A stretch of DNA of 58,871 nucleotides from an uncultured Bacteroidales bacterium (GTDB lineage: Bacteria; Bacteroidota; Bacteroidia; Bacteroidales; JBBRXJ01), in assembly GCA_964549265.1 (NCBI GenBank), contig CAZJWE010000003.1, forward strand, positions 1 to 58,871, written 5' to 3'. The notes beneath the pieces are model-generated. The model was given only the letters and a program-made list of their open reading frames with translations, was not told the origin of the DNA and did not search any database. The translations under genes and the position numbers were made by a program. Position 1 is the first letter of the stretch; every line of letters begins with the position of its first letter. This document shows, in pieces, positions 1 to 8,271 of the stretch.

Positions 1-70
1 TGTACAACATAACCAAATACTTTATAATCATGCTCATGTGTGTCAAAATTTTGTCATGGCTCGGTTCATA
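1..70 (+). repeat. Intergenic repeat family A, copy 1
   Basis: 'tgtacaacataaccaaatactttataatcatgctcatgtgtgtcaaaattttgtcatggctcggttcata' aligns with 20221-20290 with few mismatches. Confidence 0.8.
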
Positions 71-383
71 TGTTTATATTTTAATATTTTCTTAAATTTC
101 AGTATTTATAGCATTCACCGCATCGTTTTAAAAATGAAGCAATATATAAATTCTTCTTCATGTTGATTCCAAACTTCATTTTCTTTTTTAATTTCAGAAG
201 TTCAAGCCTCATTAATATTATTGATTGGCGTCTTCGATCATTTATGCCGGCAGTAGTATTTAAGAATCTTTATTATTACAACTATCAGGCAATTTATTAT
301 TGAAGTCTGATAGTGAAAATATTATGTAATAACAAAATAAAACGATCTGGCGAAATTTAATAGCTGAAAAAGAGCTAAGTAAA

Positions 384-405
384 GCGGGATTTAACCCGCT
401 TTTTT
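384..405 (+). terminator. GC hairpin (GCGGG-N6-CCCGC) followed by T6; possible bidirectional terminator overlapping the corrinoid gene stop
   Basis: The sequence 'aaagcgggatttaacccgctttttt' was read directly. The T-tract is on the + strand. On the minus strand the hairpin contains the stop codon of the 391..1038 gene. Confidence 0.35.
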
Positions 406-1038
406 GTTAAGATATTCTTTGGTTATTTCAACTGCTCTACCAGCATTGGGAGCATAAAGATCGGCACCGATTTCTTGAGCAAATTCTTCGGTTACAGGTG
501 CGCCACCCAGAATAACAGTTACCTGGTCACGTATGCCTGCTTCTTTAAGTGAGTTAATGATTTCACCCATTCTTGGCATGGTGGTTGTTAACAATGCAGA
601 AATCCCAAGCACATTGGGTTTATGCTCTTTTACTGCATTTACAAATTGTTCATTTGGTTGGTCTATTCCAATATTTACAACTTCGTATCCGGCACCTTCA
701 AACATCATGGCTGCCAAGTCTTTTCCAATGTCATGTAAGTCACCTGCCACGGTTCCAATGACCATTTTACCAGCACTTCCAAGTTCACCTGCCGAAAGTT
801 TTGGCCTTAATATTTCCATAGCAGCACCCATTCCTTTAGCACAACGAAGCACTTCAGGCATAAACATTTCGCCTTCACGCCATTTTTGGCCTACAATGTC
901 CATTCCTGTTAATAAACCCTGGTTTAGGATGTCACCCGGATTGGCACCATCATCAATTGCCTGTTGGGTTAACGTTTTTAACTCTTCGATTTTACCTTCA
1001 ATTAGAGATTCTGATAATTTTCCTAAGTCTACACTCAT
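391..1038 (-). CDS. Corrinoid (cobalamin-binding) protein, MtaC/MtbC/MttC-like methyltransferase partner
   Basis: 215-aa ORF. It has an N-terminal helical B12 cap followed by a Rossmann-type B12-binding domain. The DxHxxG signature is present ('AGDLHDIGK'), as are 'GISALLTTT' and 'ILGGAP' motifs. Confidence 0.85.
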   Translation of the reverse strand: MSVDLGKLSESLIEGKIEELKTLTQQAIDDGANPGDILNQGLLTGMDIVGQKWREGEMFMPEVLRCAKGMGAAMEILRPKLSAGELGSAGKMVIGTVAGDLHDIGKDLAAMMFEGAGYEVVNIGIDQPNEQFVNAVKEHKPNVLGISALLTTTMPRMGEIINSLKEAGIRDQVTVILGGAPVTEEFAQEIGADLYAPNAGRAVEITKEYLNKKAG

Positions 1039-1368
1039 AAAATCTATTTTTTAATTAATATATTAAAATTTATTTTTTTAATAATCGAGTGCAAAGGTAG
1101 AAGAATCTATTGGTTAATCAAAAATAAATCGTAAAATATTGCCTTTTAAGTAGTTTCAAATCGGGCTAACTCCTTTATAATGATAAAGAGACCGGAAATA
1201 TTAATTTTTTGTTATTTCAATATTTATTTAATGTTGGTTCATTTTAATATTCCGTTACATTTTATGATAAAGTATTTGCAGGAGTATTTTGTAGAATTTT
1301 TTTGCTTATATTTATTCTTTACACAAAAAAAATGATTAATTTTCTCCAAAATTTTAAAACATGTTAGA

Positions 1369-2013
1369 ATGAATTTATTGCCTTTATATATTGGAACGGC
1401 TATTTTTGGAATAGGAATCTTGGCCATTGATATATTTGGTGTTTTCAGTTCCATTGGAGAAGATAACGGAGATGCTGACAGTGGTGATTTTAATGGAGAT
1501 ATGGGTGCAGATGATGGTGCAGATGCAGATTTTGGCAGTGAAGGCGGTCAGGCAGATCATTCGGGGCATGAAGGGCATGGTGCTGTTACCATGCATTCTC
1601 AGTCATCATCTAAATTTGTTATTGTAAAAATCATCACCATATTACGAAGCCTGGTTTACTTTTCATTAGGTTTCGGAGCCATAGGATTGTTTGCTTTGTA
1701 TAAAGGAAAAAGCCAGTTAGAGAGTTTGTTATGGAGTATTCCTTTCGGATTATTTATCATGTTTATTGCGAGATTGGTAAAACGCATCCAACGCCATGAA
1801 CTGGATTCACAATTCAAGAAACACGAATTATTAATGGAAGAAGCTGAGGTGATCGTCCCAATTCCCAAAAGCGGGATAGGTAAAATAAGAATTGATTATG
1901 AAGGCATTCATATTGAACGGTATGCCAAAACTAAAAATCCGGATAACAGCTTTAAAAAAGGAGACAAAGTCAATATAGTTGAAATTACAGATGAATATTT
2001 TTTTGTTGAATGA
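1369..2013 (+). CDS. NfeD-like membrane protein with an acidic Asp/Gly/His-rich loop
   Basis: 214 aa. It has an N-terminal TM helix, a D/G/H-rich low-complexity loop ('GEDNGDADSGDFNGDMGADDGADADFGSEGGQADHSGHEGHG') and two more TM helices. The C-terminal tail is beta-rich and OB-like ('GIGKIRIDYEGIHIERYAK...GDKVNIVEI'). The gene lies directly upstream of SPFH genes, as in nfeD-SPFH operons. Confidence 0.6.
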   Translation: MNLLPLYIGTAIFGIGILAIDIFGVFSSIGEDNGDADSGDFNGDMGADDGADADFGSEGGQADHSGHEGHGAVTMHSQSSSKFVIVKIITILRSLVYFSLGFGAIGLFALYKGKSQLESLLWSIPFGLFIMFIARLVKRIQRHELDSQFKKHELLMEEAEVIVPIPKSGIGKIRIDYEGIHIERYAKTKNPDNSFKKGDKVNIVEITDEYFFVE

Positions 2014-2055
2014 CTATTTTAAAACCTTAATGTTTAATTTTAAAATCCAAAACCT

Positions 2056-3390
2056 ATGATTTTACAAGCCAGCCCGGTTCCCCTGACTGGGGGAATCACA
2101 GGAGGCATTTTAGGAATCGTGGTCTTTATCCTGATCATTGTATTCCTGAAATCTCTCCTCAAAGTAACGTATCCTGACAAATTACTTGTAGTAACAGGCC
2201 GAAAAAAGCGTCACGGTACAAAAAAATTCGGCTTTAGTGTTGAACGTGGCAGCACCATGATCGTTCCTTATTTCCAATCGGTCAATAGCCTGGATTTGAG
2301 GATTTTGCCAATTAATGTAAAAGTAGAAGGTGTGAACTCTGCCAATGGTATTACTCTCGGTTCGGATGCAACAGCCTGTGTTTGTATTGATGATGACGAT
2401 GAAGGGATGCTTTATTCTGCTGTAGAGCGCCTGATGGGAAAAGACCCGGGTGAATTGAAAGAACAGGTAAGTCAAACGTTAATTGGTAACTTCCGGGGCG
2501 CCTTAAACAAAGCCACGCCCCTTGAAGCCATCGGGATGGTTGAAAACCTCGACATTGAAGAAAAACTTGATGCAGAAAAAGAATCTTCTGCCGGTGAACG
2601 GGCACAATTCAGAAATTCATTATTAGAGGACATCAACAGCGACATATCCAGCTTTGGAATGCGTGTAGTATCGGTATCGTTGCAAAAAATATGGGATACC
2701 TCAAATTATATTGCCAACCTGGCACAAAAAACAATATCGGATAAACGACAACAGGTTGAAGTAGAGGAAGCCTCTCTCAGGTCACAGGCAGAACAAGCCG
2801 AATCAGATGCCAGGAAACGCCAGGAGGTTGCAAAAAGTAGAGCCGATGAAAAAATTGTAAGTGCAAGGGAAAAGCTTGAAGTATTCCGCAGGGAGAGCGA
2901 AGGAAAGATCAGTCAGGCCGCTTATGAGGCAGAACAACGTATCGCTCAGGCAAATAATGAACAACAGACCAAGATTGAAGAATTGAATAATGAATTGCGC
3001 ATCTTAAAAAATAAATCCGATATTTTATTAAAAGAAGAGGCTAATCAAAAAGCATCGGAGATCATCAATTCAGGAGAAGAGGAAAAAGCTAAAATCGTTG
3101 AAGGAGCTCATAATAATATTTTGAAGCAAAAGACTGAAATGCTTTCAAAAGCAGGAGACATTGGAAATATTGTGCTATTCATTAAGCAACAATTACCCAA
3201 TTTATACAATGCATACAAGGAATATGCATCTGATTTTAAAGTTGATTCTTACCTGGTCATGGATAAAGAGCGGGGATTCAATGGAGCTGTAAACAGAGGC
3301 CCGGCTGCGTTTGTTGATTTCTTAAAGCATTTTGAAAATGCTACCAATGTAAAAATCAAAGATTTTATCAACCTAAAACAAGAAAATTAA
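2056..3390 (+). CDS. Flotillin/SPFH (band 7) family protein, paralogue 1
   Basis: 444 aa. An N-terminal TM anchor is followed by an SPFH-like core ('LLVVTGRKK...MIVPYFQSVNSLDLRILPINVKVEGVNSANGITL'). A long Ala/Glu/Gln/Lys/Arg-rich coiled-coil flotillin region follows. Confidence 0.8.
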   Translation: MILQASPVPLTGGITGGILGIVVFILIIVFLKSLLKVTYPDKLLVVTGRKKRHGTKKFGFSVERGSTMIVPYFQSVNSLDLRILPINVKVEGVNSANGITLGSDATACVCIDDDDEGMLYSAVERLMGKDPGELKEQVSQTLIGNFRGALNKATPLEAIGMVENLDIEEKLDAEKESSAGERAQFRNSLLEDINSDISSFGMRVVSVSLQKIWDTSNYIANLAQKTISDKRQQVEVEEASLRSQAEQAESDARKRQEVAKSRADEKIVSAREKLEVFRRESEGKISQAAYEAEQRIAQANNEQQTKIEELNNELRILKNKSDILLKEEANQKASEIINSGEEEKAKIVEGAHNNILKQKTEMLSKAGDIGNIVLFIKQQLPNLYNAYKEYASDFKVDSYLVMDKERGFNGAVNRGPAAFVDFLKHFENATNVKIKDFINLKQEN

Positions 3391-3391
3391 C

Positions 3392-4681
3392 ATGGGAACT
3401 TTTATATTTGCTTTTGTAGGACTCGTTGTAGTTACCTTTATTATACAACTTATCACCAACATGAAAATCGTTGGTGGAAATGAACTTGGTATTGTATCAG
3501 GAGTTAGTGGAAAAAAAGGATTCCGCCTGTTATCAGGAGGAAGGGTATTTTTGATCCCATTGATACAAAAATTTGCCAAAATGGACTTAACTCCCAGCAC
3601 CATTGAGGTTGTGGTAGATTCTGCCATTGCTGAGGGAATTGTACCATTGAATGTTAAAGCCACAGTAAGTTTCGCTATTGCTTCAAATGAGGGTGGAAGA
3701 AAACGGGCTGCCACCCGTATTTTGCATCTAACAGATAATTGGGATTCATTATGCAAAGTAGCCAGTGACATTATTGAAGGCCATTTAAGAGATTCCATTG
3801 CTACTATGACCCCCGAACAAGTGATGCAAGACAAAGACACTCTGGTGTCCAAAATGATCAATGTATGTAAAAGCGACTTAGAAAACATAGGGTTGGAAAT
3901 CACTACCATGAACATTGCAGACGTAGACGACCACAGACTTGCAGGAGTGGATGAACCTGACCTATATATCGCTTTGTTAAAACGAGTTCAATCAACCAAT
4001 GCAGAAACACGGGCACGCAAAGCCAAAGCCGAAGCACTGGCAAAATCAAAAGAGGCAGAAGAAGCCCGCAGAGCTGATATTGAAGTACGAAAGCTCGAAA
4101 ATGAATATGAAGAATTAATGGCTTCTACAAATTACAGGGTAAAAGAAGAAAAACAAAAAGAAAAAGTTGGGATTGAGCAGGTTGTCAGAAATTCTCAAGC
4201 CAAAATAGCCGGTCTGAAAGCAGAAATTGAAGCCGAGAAACAACGCACTGAGATGAACCGGAAGAAATATGAAGCAGAGATTATAACCCCTGCTAAAACA
4301 GAACAGGAAAGAATGGCCATGGAAGCCCGACAAAAAGCTTTTCAGATTGAAGGAAAGGCACAGGGAGAAATTGATGAGTTTATACAAACCATTGAAATAC
4401 TAAAAAAAGGCGGCAAAGATAGCATCAAGACCTATATTATTGAAAACTTTAAACAATTGATTGAACCTTTTGCTGAAACATTGGGCTACTTCCCTGTAGA
4501 AAAATTAAGTGTAATCACAGGTACCGAAGGCTCGCATGCTCCAATCTCAGCTATTCACCCGAATGCTATTGAAGAACAAAAAAACAATATGATATCCGGT
4601 GCTATTGCAGAGATATTAGAAAATAAAATAAAGGAACAAGATGGTTCTGATAGCAACGGTGGAAAAGTTGAAAAGGAATAA
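3392..4681 (+). CDS. Flotillin/SPFH (band 7) family protein, paralogue 2
   Basis: 429 aa. The start lies 1 nt after the stop of the previous gene. It has a TM anchor, an SPFH core ('GIVSGVSGKKGFRLLSGGRVFLIPLIQKFAKMDLTPSTIEVVV...PLNVKATVSF') and an EA-rich coiled coil. Confidence 0.85.
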   Translation: MGTFIFAFVGLVVVTFIIQLITNMKIVGGNELGIVSGVSGKKGFRLLSGGRVFLIPLIQKFAKMDLTPSTIEVVVDSAIAEGIVPLNVKATVSFAIASNEGGRKRAATRILHLTDNWDSLCKVASDIIEGHLRDSIATMTPEQVMQDKDTLVSKMINVCKSDLENIGLEITTMNIADVDDHRLAGVDEPDLYIALLKRVQSTNAETRARKAKAEALAKSKEAEEARRADIEVRKLENEYEELMASTNYRVKEEKQKEKVGIEQVVRNSQAKIAGLKAEIEAEKQRTEMNRKKYEAEIITPAKTEQERMAMEARQKAFQIEGKAQGEIDEFIQTIEILKKGGKDSIKTYIIENFKQLIEPFAETLGYFPVEKLSVITGTEGSHAPISAIHPNAIEEQKNNMISGAIAEILENKIKEQDGSDSNGGKVEKE

Positions 4682-4747
4682 AAAACATGCGCTACTGCAA
4701 ATTTATGAAGAGAATTAAGGATGTTAATGCCTGAATAAAGTTGTCAA

Positions 4748-5812
4748 CTATTTATGCATTAACATTCTCCCTTCCTTAACATAAAAACTTTTTTCCAGTT
4801 CTTTTTTACGGTTTCCGTCTGAGACAACAATTAAATAATCGCCCGGCTCAATTTTAAAATGATCATCCGGATTTTTTATCAATTCATAATGTCCGTTTTG
4901 TTTTTTACTGATGCCCATTAAAATGGTATTGAACTCTTCTTTTATTTTCACAAACACCTCTTTGCAAGAAAGGCCTGCATACGGATTCTTTTCCGACACA
5001 TAAAACTCCATAAAATCAAAGGATTTATCATGTGTTGCAGTGGTGATAAGGTCTTCTGTAAACTTTGCCACATCGGGTTCAAAAATAAAACTGGCAATGA
5101 GTTTTGAGCTGATCTCTTTTTCAGGAATGACGTATGTTGCCCCTGCACTGTAAAATGTATCTTTTAATTCTGTATTCGACAAATATGCCACAACATTGAT
5201 ATCTTTAAACGCTTTTCTCAAATTAATGAGATAAACCAATGCTTTGGAATCATCTTCCATGTTGATAAAAATCGAAGATGATTGATGGATATTAGCCTTT
5301 TTCAACAGGTCAAGCCCTTGAATTTCGCCAAAAATAACAAACACATTGTCAGGATAAATTTCATAAATTAAATCCACATCATTTTTATTGTTTGTAATGG
5401 CCACTACCTGCTGATTCGCATTGATGATTTGATCGGTAATGGATTTCCCAAACTCATTCCATCCCACAATGATGACATGATGCGAAAAATCTGTGCCGAA
5501 ATGGCCTAATTTTTTCTTTTCCATATAGTTTTGAATTTTATGTGTGATTTGACCAATCAAATAGCTCAAGACACCCAGGCTGAATAGTATCAGTATCAAT
5601 CCGACAATTTTTCCCGGCACTGTCACTGGATAAAGATCGCCATACCCTACGGTGGTTAAGGTGACAATGGAGTACCAAAAGGCATCGAACAAGGTTTTTA
5701 TTGAACTGCTATCATTGTTGAATTCAAAATAACGGATGGTAGCCAATAAAAACAGAAAGATAAGAAGGGCAATAAAAATTTTAAGAACCTGATATAATGG
5801 TTTTTTTTTCAT
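4748..5812 (-). CDS. Potassium channel with a cytoplasmic RCK/TrkA-N domain
   Basis: The selectivity filter 'TTVGYGD' sits between two TM helices. A Rossmann-like RCK domain follows ('HVIIVGWNEFGKSI'). The ORF is open to an ATG at 5836. I prefer the ATG at 5812 ('MKKKPLYQ'), which overlaps the upstream stop as ATGA. Confidence 0.85.
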   Translation of the reverse strand: MKKKPLYQVLKIFIALLIFLFLLATIRYFEFNNDSSSIKTLFDAFWYSIVTLTTVGYGDLYPVTVPGKIVGLILILFSLGVLSYLIGQITHKIQNYMEKKKLGHFGTDFSHHVIIVGWNEFGKSITDQIINANQQVVAITNNKNDVDLIYEIYPDNVFVIFGEIQGLDLLKKANIHQSSSIFINMEDDSKALVYLINLRKAFKDINVVAYLSNTELKDTFYSAGATYVIPEKEISSKLIASFIFEPDVAKFTEDLITTATHDKSFDFMEFYVSEKNPYAGLSCKEVFVKIKEEFNTILMGISKKQNGHYELIKNPDDHFKIEPGDYLIVVSDGNRKKELEKSFYVKEGRMLMHK

Positions 5813-6105
5813 TCTATTACTTCCGGGATTAAACATTGTAGTTGATTAATAAACAACTGATTTTTGCGTGCATTGCAACTACTGATCTCAACGTAAGTCT
5901 TTCCTGCTTCCGGAAAGGTATGAATGGCCAAATGGCTTTCTGCAAGTATCCATATAGCAGTGAATCCCTCATTTTCAAATATTTGATGTACTTTTTGCAG
6001 CACATTAAACCCTGCGATGGATAAATATTGATCCATAGTATCTATTAACTTATCAACAGACGTTTCATTGATCCAGCATTGATGATTGAATATTTCAGCC
6101 TTCAT
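5809..6105 (-). CDS. Small S-adenosylmethionine decarboxylase-like (pyruvoyl, SpeH/class 1 type) protein
   Basis: 98 aa. The autoprocessing/active-site block 'LAESHLAIHTFPE' is present (Glu-Ser cleavage site). A downstream 'EISSCN' cysteine aligns with 'DLFTCG' of class 1 AdoMetDC. The protein is shorter than typical SpeH. Confidence 0.7.
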   Translation of the reverse strand: MKAEIFNHQCWINETSVDKLIDTMDQYLSIAGFNVLQKVHQIFENEGFTAIWILAESHLAIHTFPEAGKTYVEISSCNARKNQLFINQLQCLIPEVIE

Positions 6106-6207
6106 GTATTCATGTTTTACATCTCAAAAATAAAGAAAAAAATAACACTTAATCAGGATGCTTTTTATTATTTTCGTCTCTGGATTTATTTATAAAAATT
6201 TTAATCA

Positions 6208-8271
6208 ATGCATTCAATAGTTAAAAGACATAATATATTTATCTGGATACCTATCATTTTATTTCCGTTGATCACATTAAACATCACTGTTGACCCGGTT
6301 TTACCAGTTCGATTCACAATTTTGGCGATATTTCTTACAGGTTTTTCATTGTATTTTTTAATAAACAAGGACACGTTAAAAATAAAAAGCTCATACAATG
6401 TTAACATATTAATATTAACCATCAGTGCATTTGTTTTATATAATGTATTCAGCATTATCATAAGTCCACATCCGGGTGATGCACTTTTTGAATTTTTAAA
6501 ACTTTATTTAATTCTGTTAACTGGCATCCTTTTTTATATTTACTATTATGATAACTCCTATGAATTCCTGAATAATTTTGTTATATCAATTAATATTCTA
6601 ACCATTATTATAAGCATATGGGGAATATATAACTATATTTATTTTTATTCTTCTACAGAACTCACTCATGCTATACTTTATGAAATCCGTACATCTTTTG
6701 CTCATAAAAACTTATTTACAGAAGTCCTCTTTTTATGCATCCCGTTTACTGTTTATGCTGCATTTTTTAAAAACAAATGGCAACAGGTTTTGGGAGTGTC
6801 CAACACTATTTTTGTTATATTTTTAATTGTCGCATTGCTAACCAGAGCCGTTTGGGTTGCTTTTTTTGCAGGAATTGTATTTTTTTGTATCTGTTATATC
6901 ATCGTGTTTATTAAAGAAAAAAACAAACAGATGTTATGGAGGATATCTCCTGTAGTCATCAGTTTGCTGGTGGTTATTTCTATTTCTGCCAATTGGTACC
7001 TGACAGCAGATGTATCAAATCCCATAAAAAAACAAGTCATTAAAACGTTTAATACTGAATATGGATCTGTTAAAGATAGAATTGTATTATGGAAAAAAAC
7101 ATACAAACTCATCAAAGAAAAACCATTTTTTGGCCATGGAACAGCTTCCTGGAGAACGAAAATTTTAAAATATGGGAATAAAGATTTGCGTTCACAGGAT
7201 CATGTTACGTTCTATCAACGCCCTCATAATGATTATCTTTGGATAGCCAGTGAAAACGGTTTCATAGGCCTTGCATTATATCTTTTACTATTTTTAATGG
7301 TTGGTATGATGGGATTAAAATTAATTTTCAATAAAGAGAATCCTGTTTCACTAAAAATTAATGTGCTTCTTTTATTATCCGCAATGGTTGGATATTTAAC
7401 CTATTCTGTTTTCAGTTTCCCCAAAGAACGAATTATACAACCATTACTTATATGTTTGATGGCTGCAACCTTTTTTTCATTAACTAAAAACAATAAAACC
7501 CTAAAATTAAGAAGAATACACCTGCTAACATTATTTATTCCGGTATATTTTTCACTATTTTTTGGATTTGTAAGAATAAATTCAGAAATTTGTACACGTA
7601 AGATATACAAAGCAAGAGAAAATCAACAATGGAAAGAAGTTATGAATTTAACGCCCAAAACTGTTAATATCTTTTATAATATGGATGCATTTTCAACACC
7701 CATAAAATGGTATAGTGGCAATGCCTGGTATAACCTTGGCAATATAGAATATGCTGTGAATGATTATGAAGAAGCGTATCAAATAAATCCATATCATATT
7801 CATATCCTCAATAATCTTGGGACTTGTTACTCAAAATTGAATCGAAATGCTGAAGCCATTAAATATTATGAACAGGCATTAACCATAGCCCCGAATTTTA
7901 GAGATGCTATTCTTAATTTAAGCGCCATTTATTATAATAAAAACAAATATACAGAAGCATACAAGGTACTGCGAAAAGACCCGGAACCGCCTTCTACCAA
8001 AAGATTCATCCACACATTACGATACATTCTAAAGCCTTTTTTTGAAGACATTGTATCTTCAACTTCTGAAAAGCCATTAAAAAAACAATTTATTGCCATT
8101 TTTAATACACCTGCATGGACATATGGTGTACATAAGAAGTCCATTCAAAATCAACGTTCATTCAGAGATCAACTTTATATAGATGCTATATATACTTTAA
8201 CTGAAATAGACAGTATCTATTCTTCTTCTTTTGCCGATTCGTTAACCTTAAAATATCATATTAAGCCATGA
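6208..8271 (+). CDS. O-antigen ligase-like (Wzy_C/WaaL/PglL superfamily) polytopic membrane protein with a C-terminal TPR domain
   Basis: 687 aa with about 10-12 TM helices. The Wzy_C signature loop is present ('FGHGTASW...RPHNDYLWIASENGFIGLALYLLLF'). The C-terminal ~200 aa carry TPR-like repeats ('AWYNLGNIEYAVNDYEEAYQINP...LNNLGTCYSKLNRNAEAIKYYEQALTIAPN'). Confidence 0.75.
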   Translation: MHSIVKRHNIFIWIPIILFPLITLNITVDPVLPVRFTILAIFLTGFSLYFLINKDTLKIKSSYNVNILILTISAFVLYNVFSIIISPHPGDALFEFLKLYLILLTGILFYIYYYDNSYEFLNNFVISINILTIIISIWGIYNYIYFYSSTELTHAILYEIRTSFAHKNLFTEVLFLCIPFTVYAAFFKNKWQQVLGVSNTIFVIFLIVALLTRAVWVAFFAGIVFFCICYIIVFIKEKNKQMLWRISPVVISLLVVISISANWYLTADVSNPIKKQVIKTFNTEYGSVKDRIVLWKKTYKLIKEKPFFGHGTASWRTKILKYGNKDLRSQDHVTFYQRPHNDYLWIASENGFIGLALYLLLFLMVGMMGLKLIFNKENPVSLKINVLLLLSAMVGYLTYSVFSFPKERIIQPLLICLMAATFFSLTKNNKTLKLRRIHLLTLFIPVYFSLFFGFVRINSEICTRKIYKARENQQWKEVMNLTPKTVNIFYNMDAFSTPIKWYSGNAWYNLGNIEYAVNDYEEAYQINPYHIHILNNLGTCYSKLNRNAEAIKYYEQALTIAPNFRDAILNLSAIYYNKNKYTEAYKVLRKDPEPPSTKRFIHTLRYILKPFFEDIVSSTSEKPLKKQFIAIFNTPAWTYGVHKKSIQNQRSFRDQLYIDAIYTLTEIDSIYSSSFADSLTLKYHIKP

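Noticed and set aside
533-1054. A 173-aa plus-strand ORF (and 573..761) antisense to the corrinoid protein gene. Similar long antisense or alternative-frame ORFs include 3373..3915, 12983..13303, 17689..18018, 28620..28967, 29871..30218, 53650..54021 and 56806..57291.
   Set aside because: They lie entirely inside genes with strong family signatures. Their translations are low-complexity (Ser/Pro/Ile-rich) with no recognisable motifs. They are typical shadow ORFs.
1039-1368. A possible cobalamin riboswitch upstream of the corrinoid protein gene.
   Set aside because: I found no B12-box-like core (GCCACTG or its complement) and no GC-rich paired regions in this very AT-rich spacer.
5801-5812. 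An A9 homopolymer directly after the preferred K+ channel start codon, as a possible phase-variation tract.
   Set aside because: It simply encodes Lys-Lys-Lys in a low-GC genome where AAA is the expected Lys codon. There is no evidence of length heterogeneity from a single sequence.
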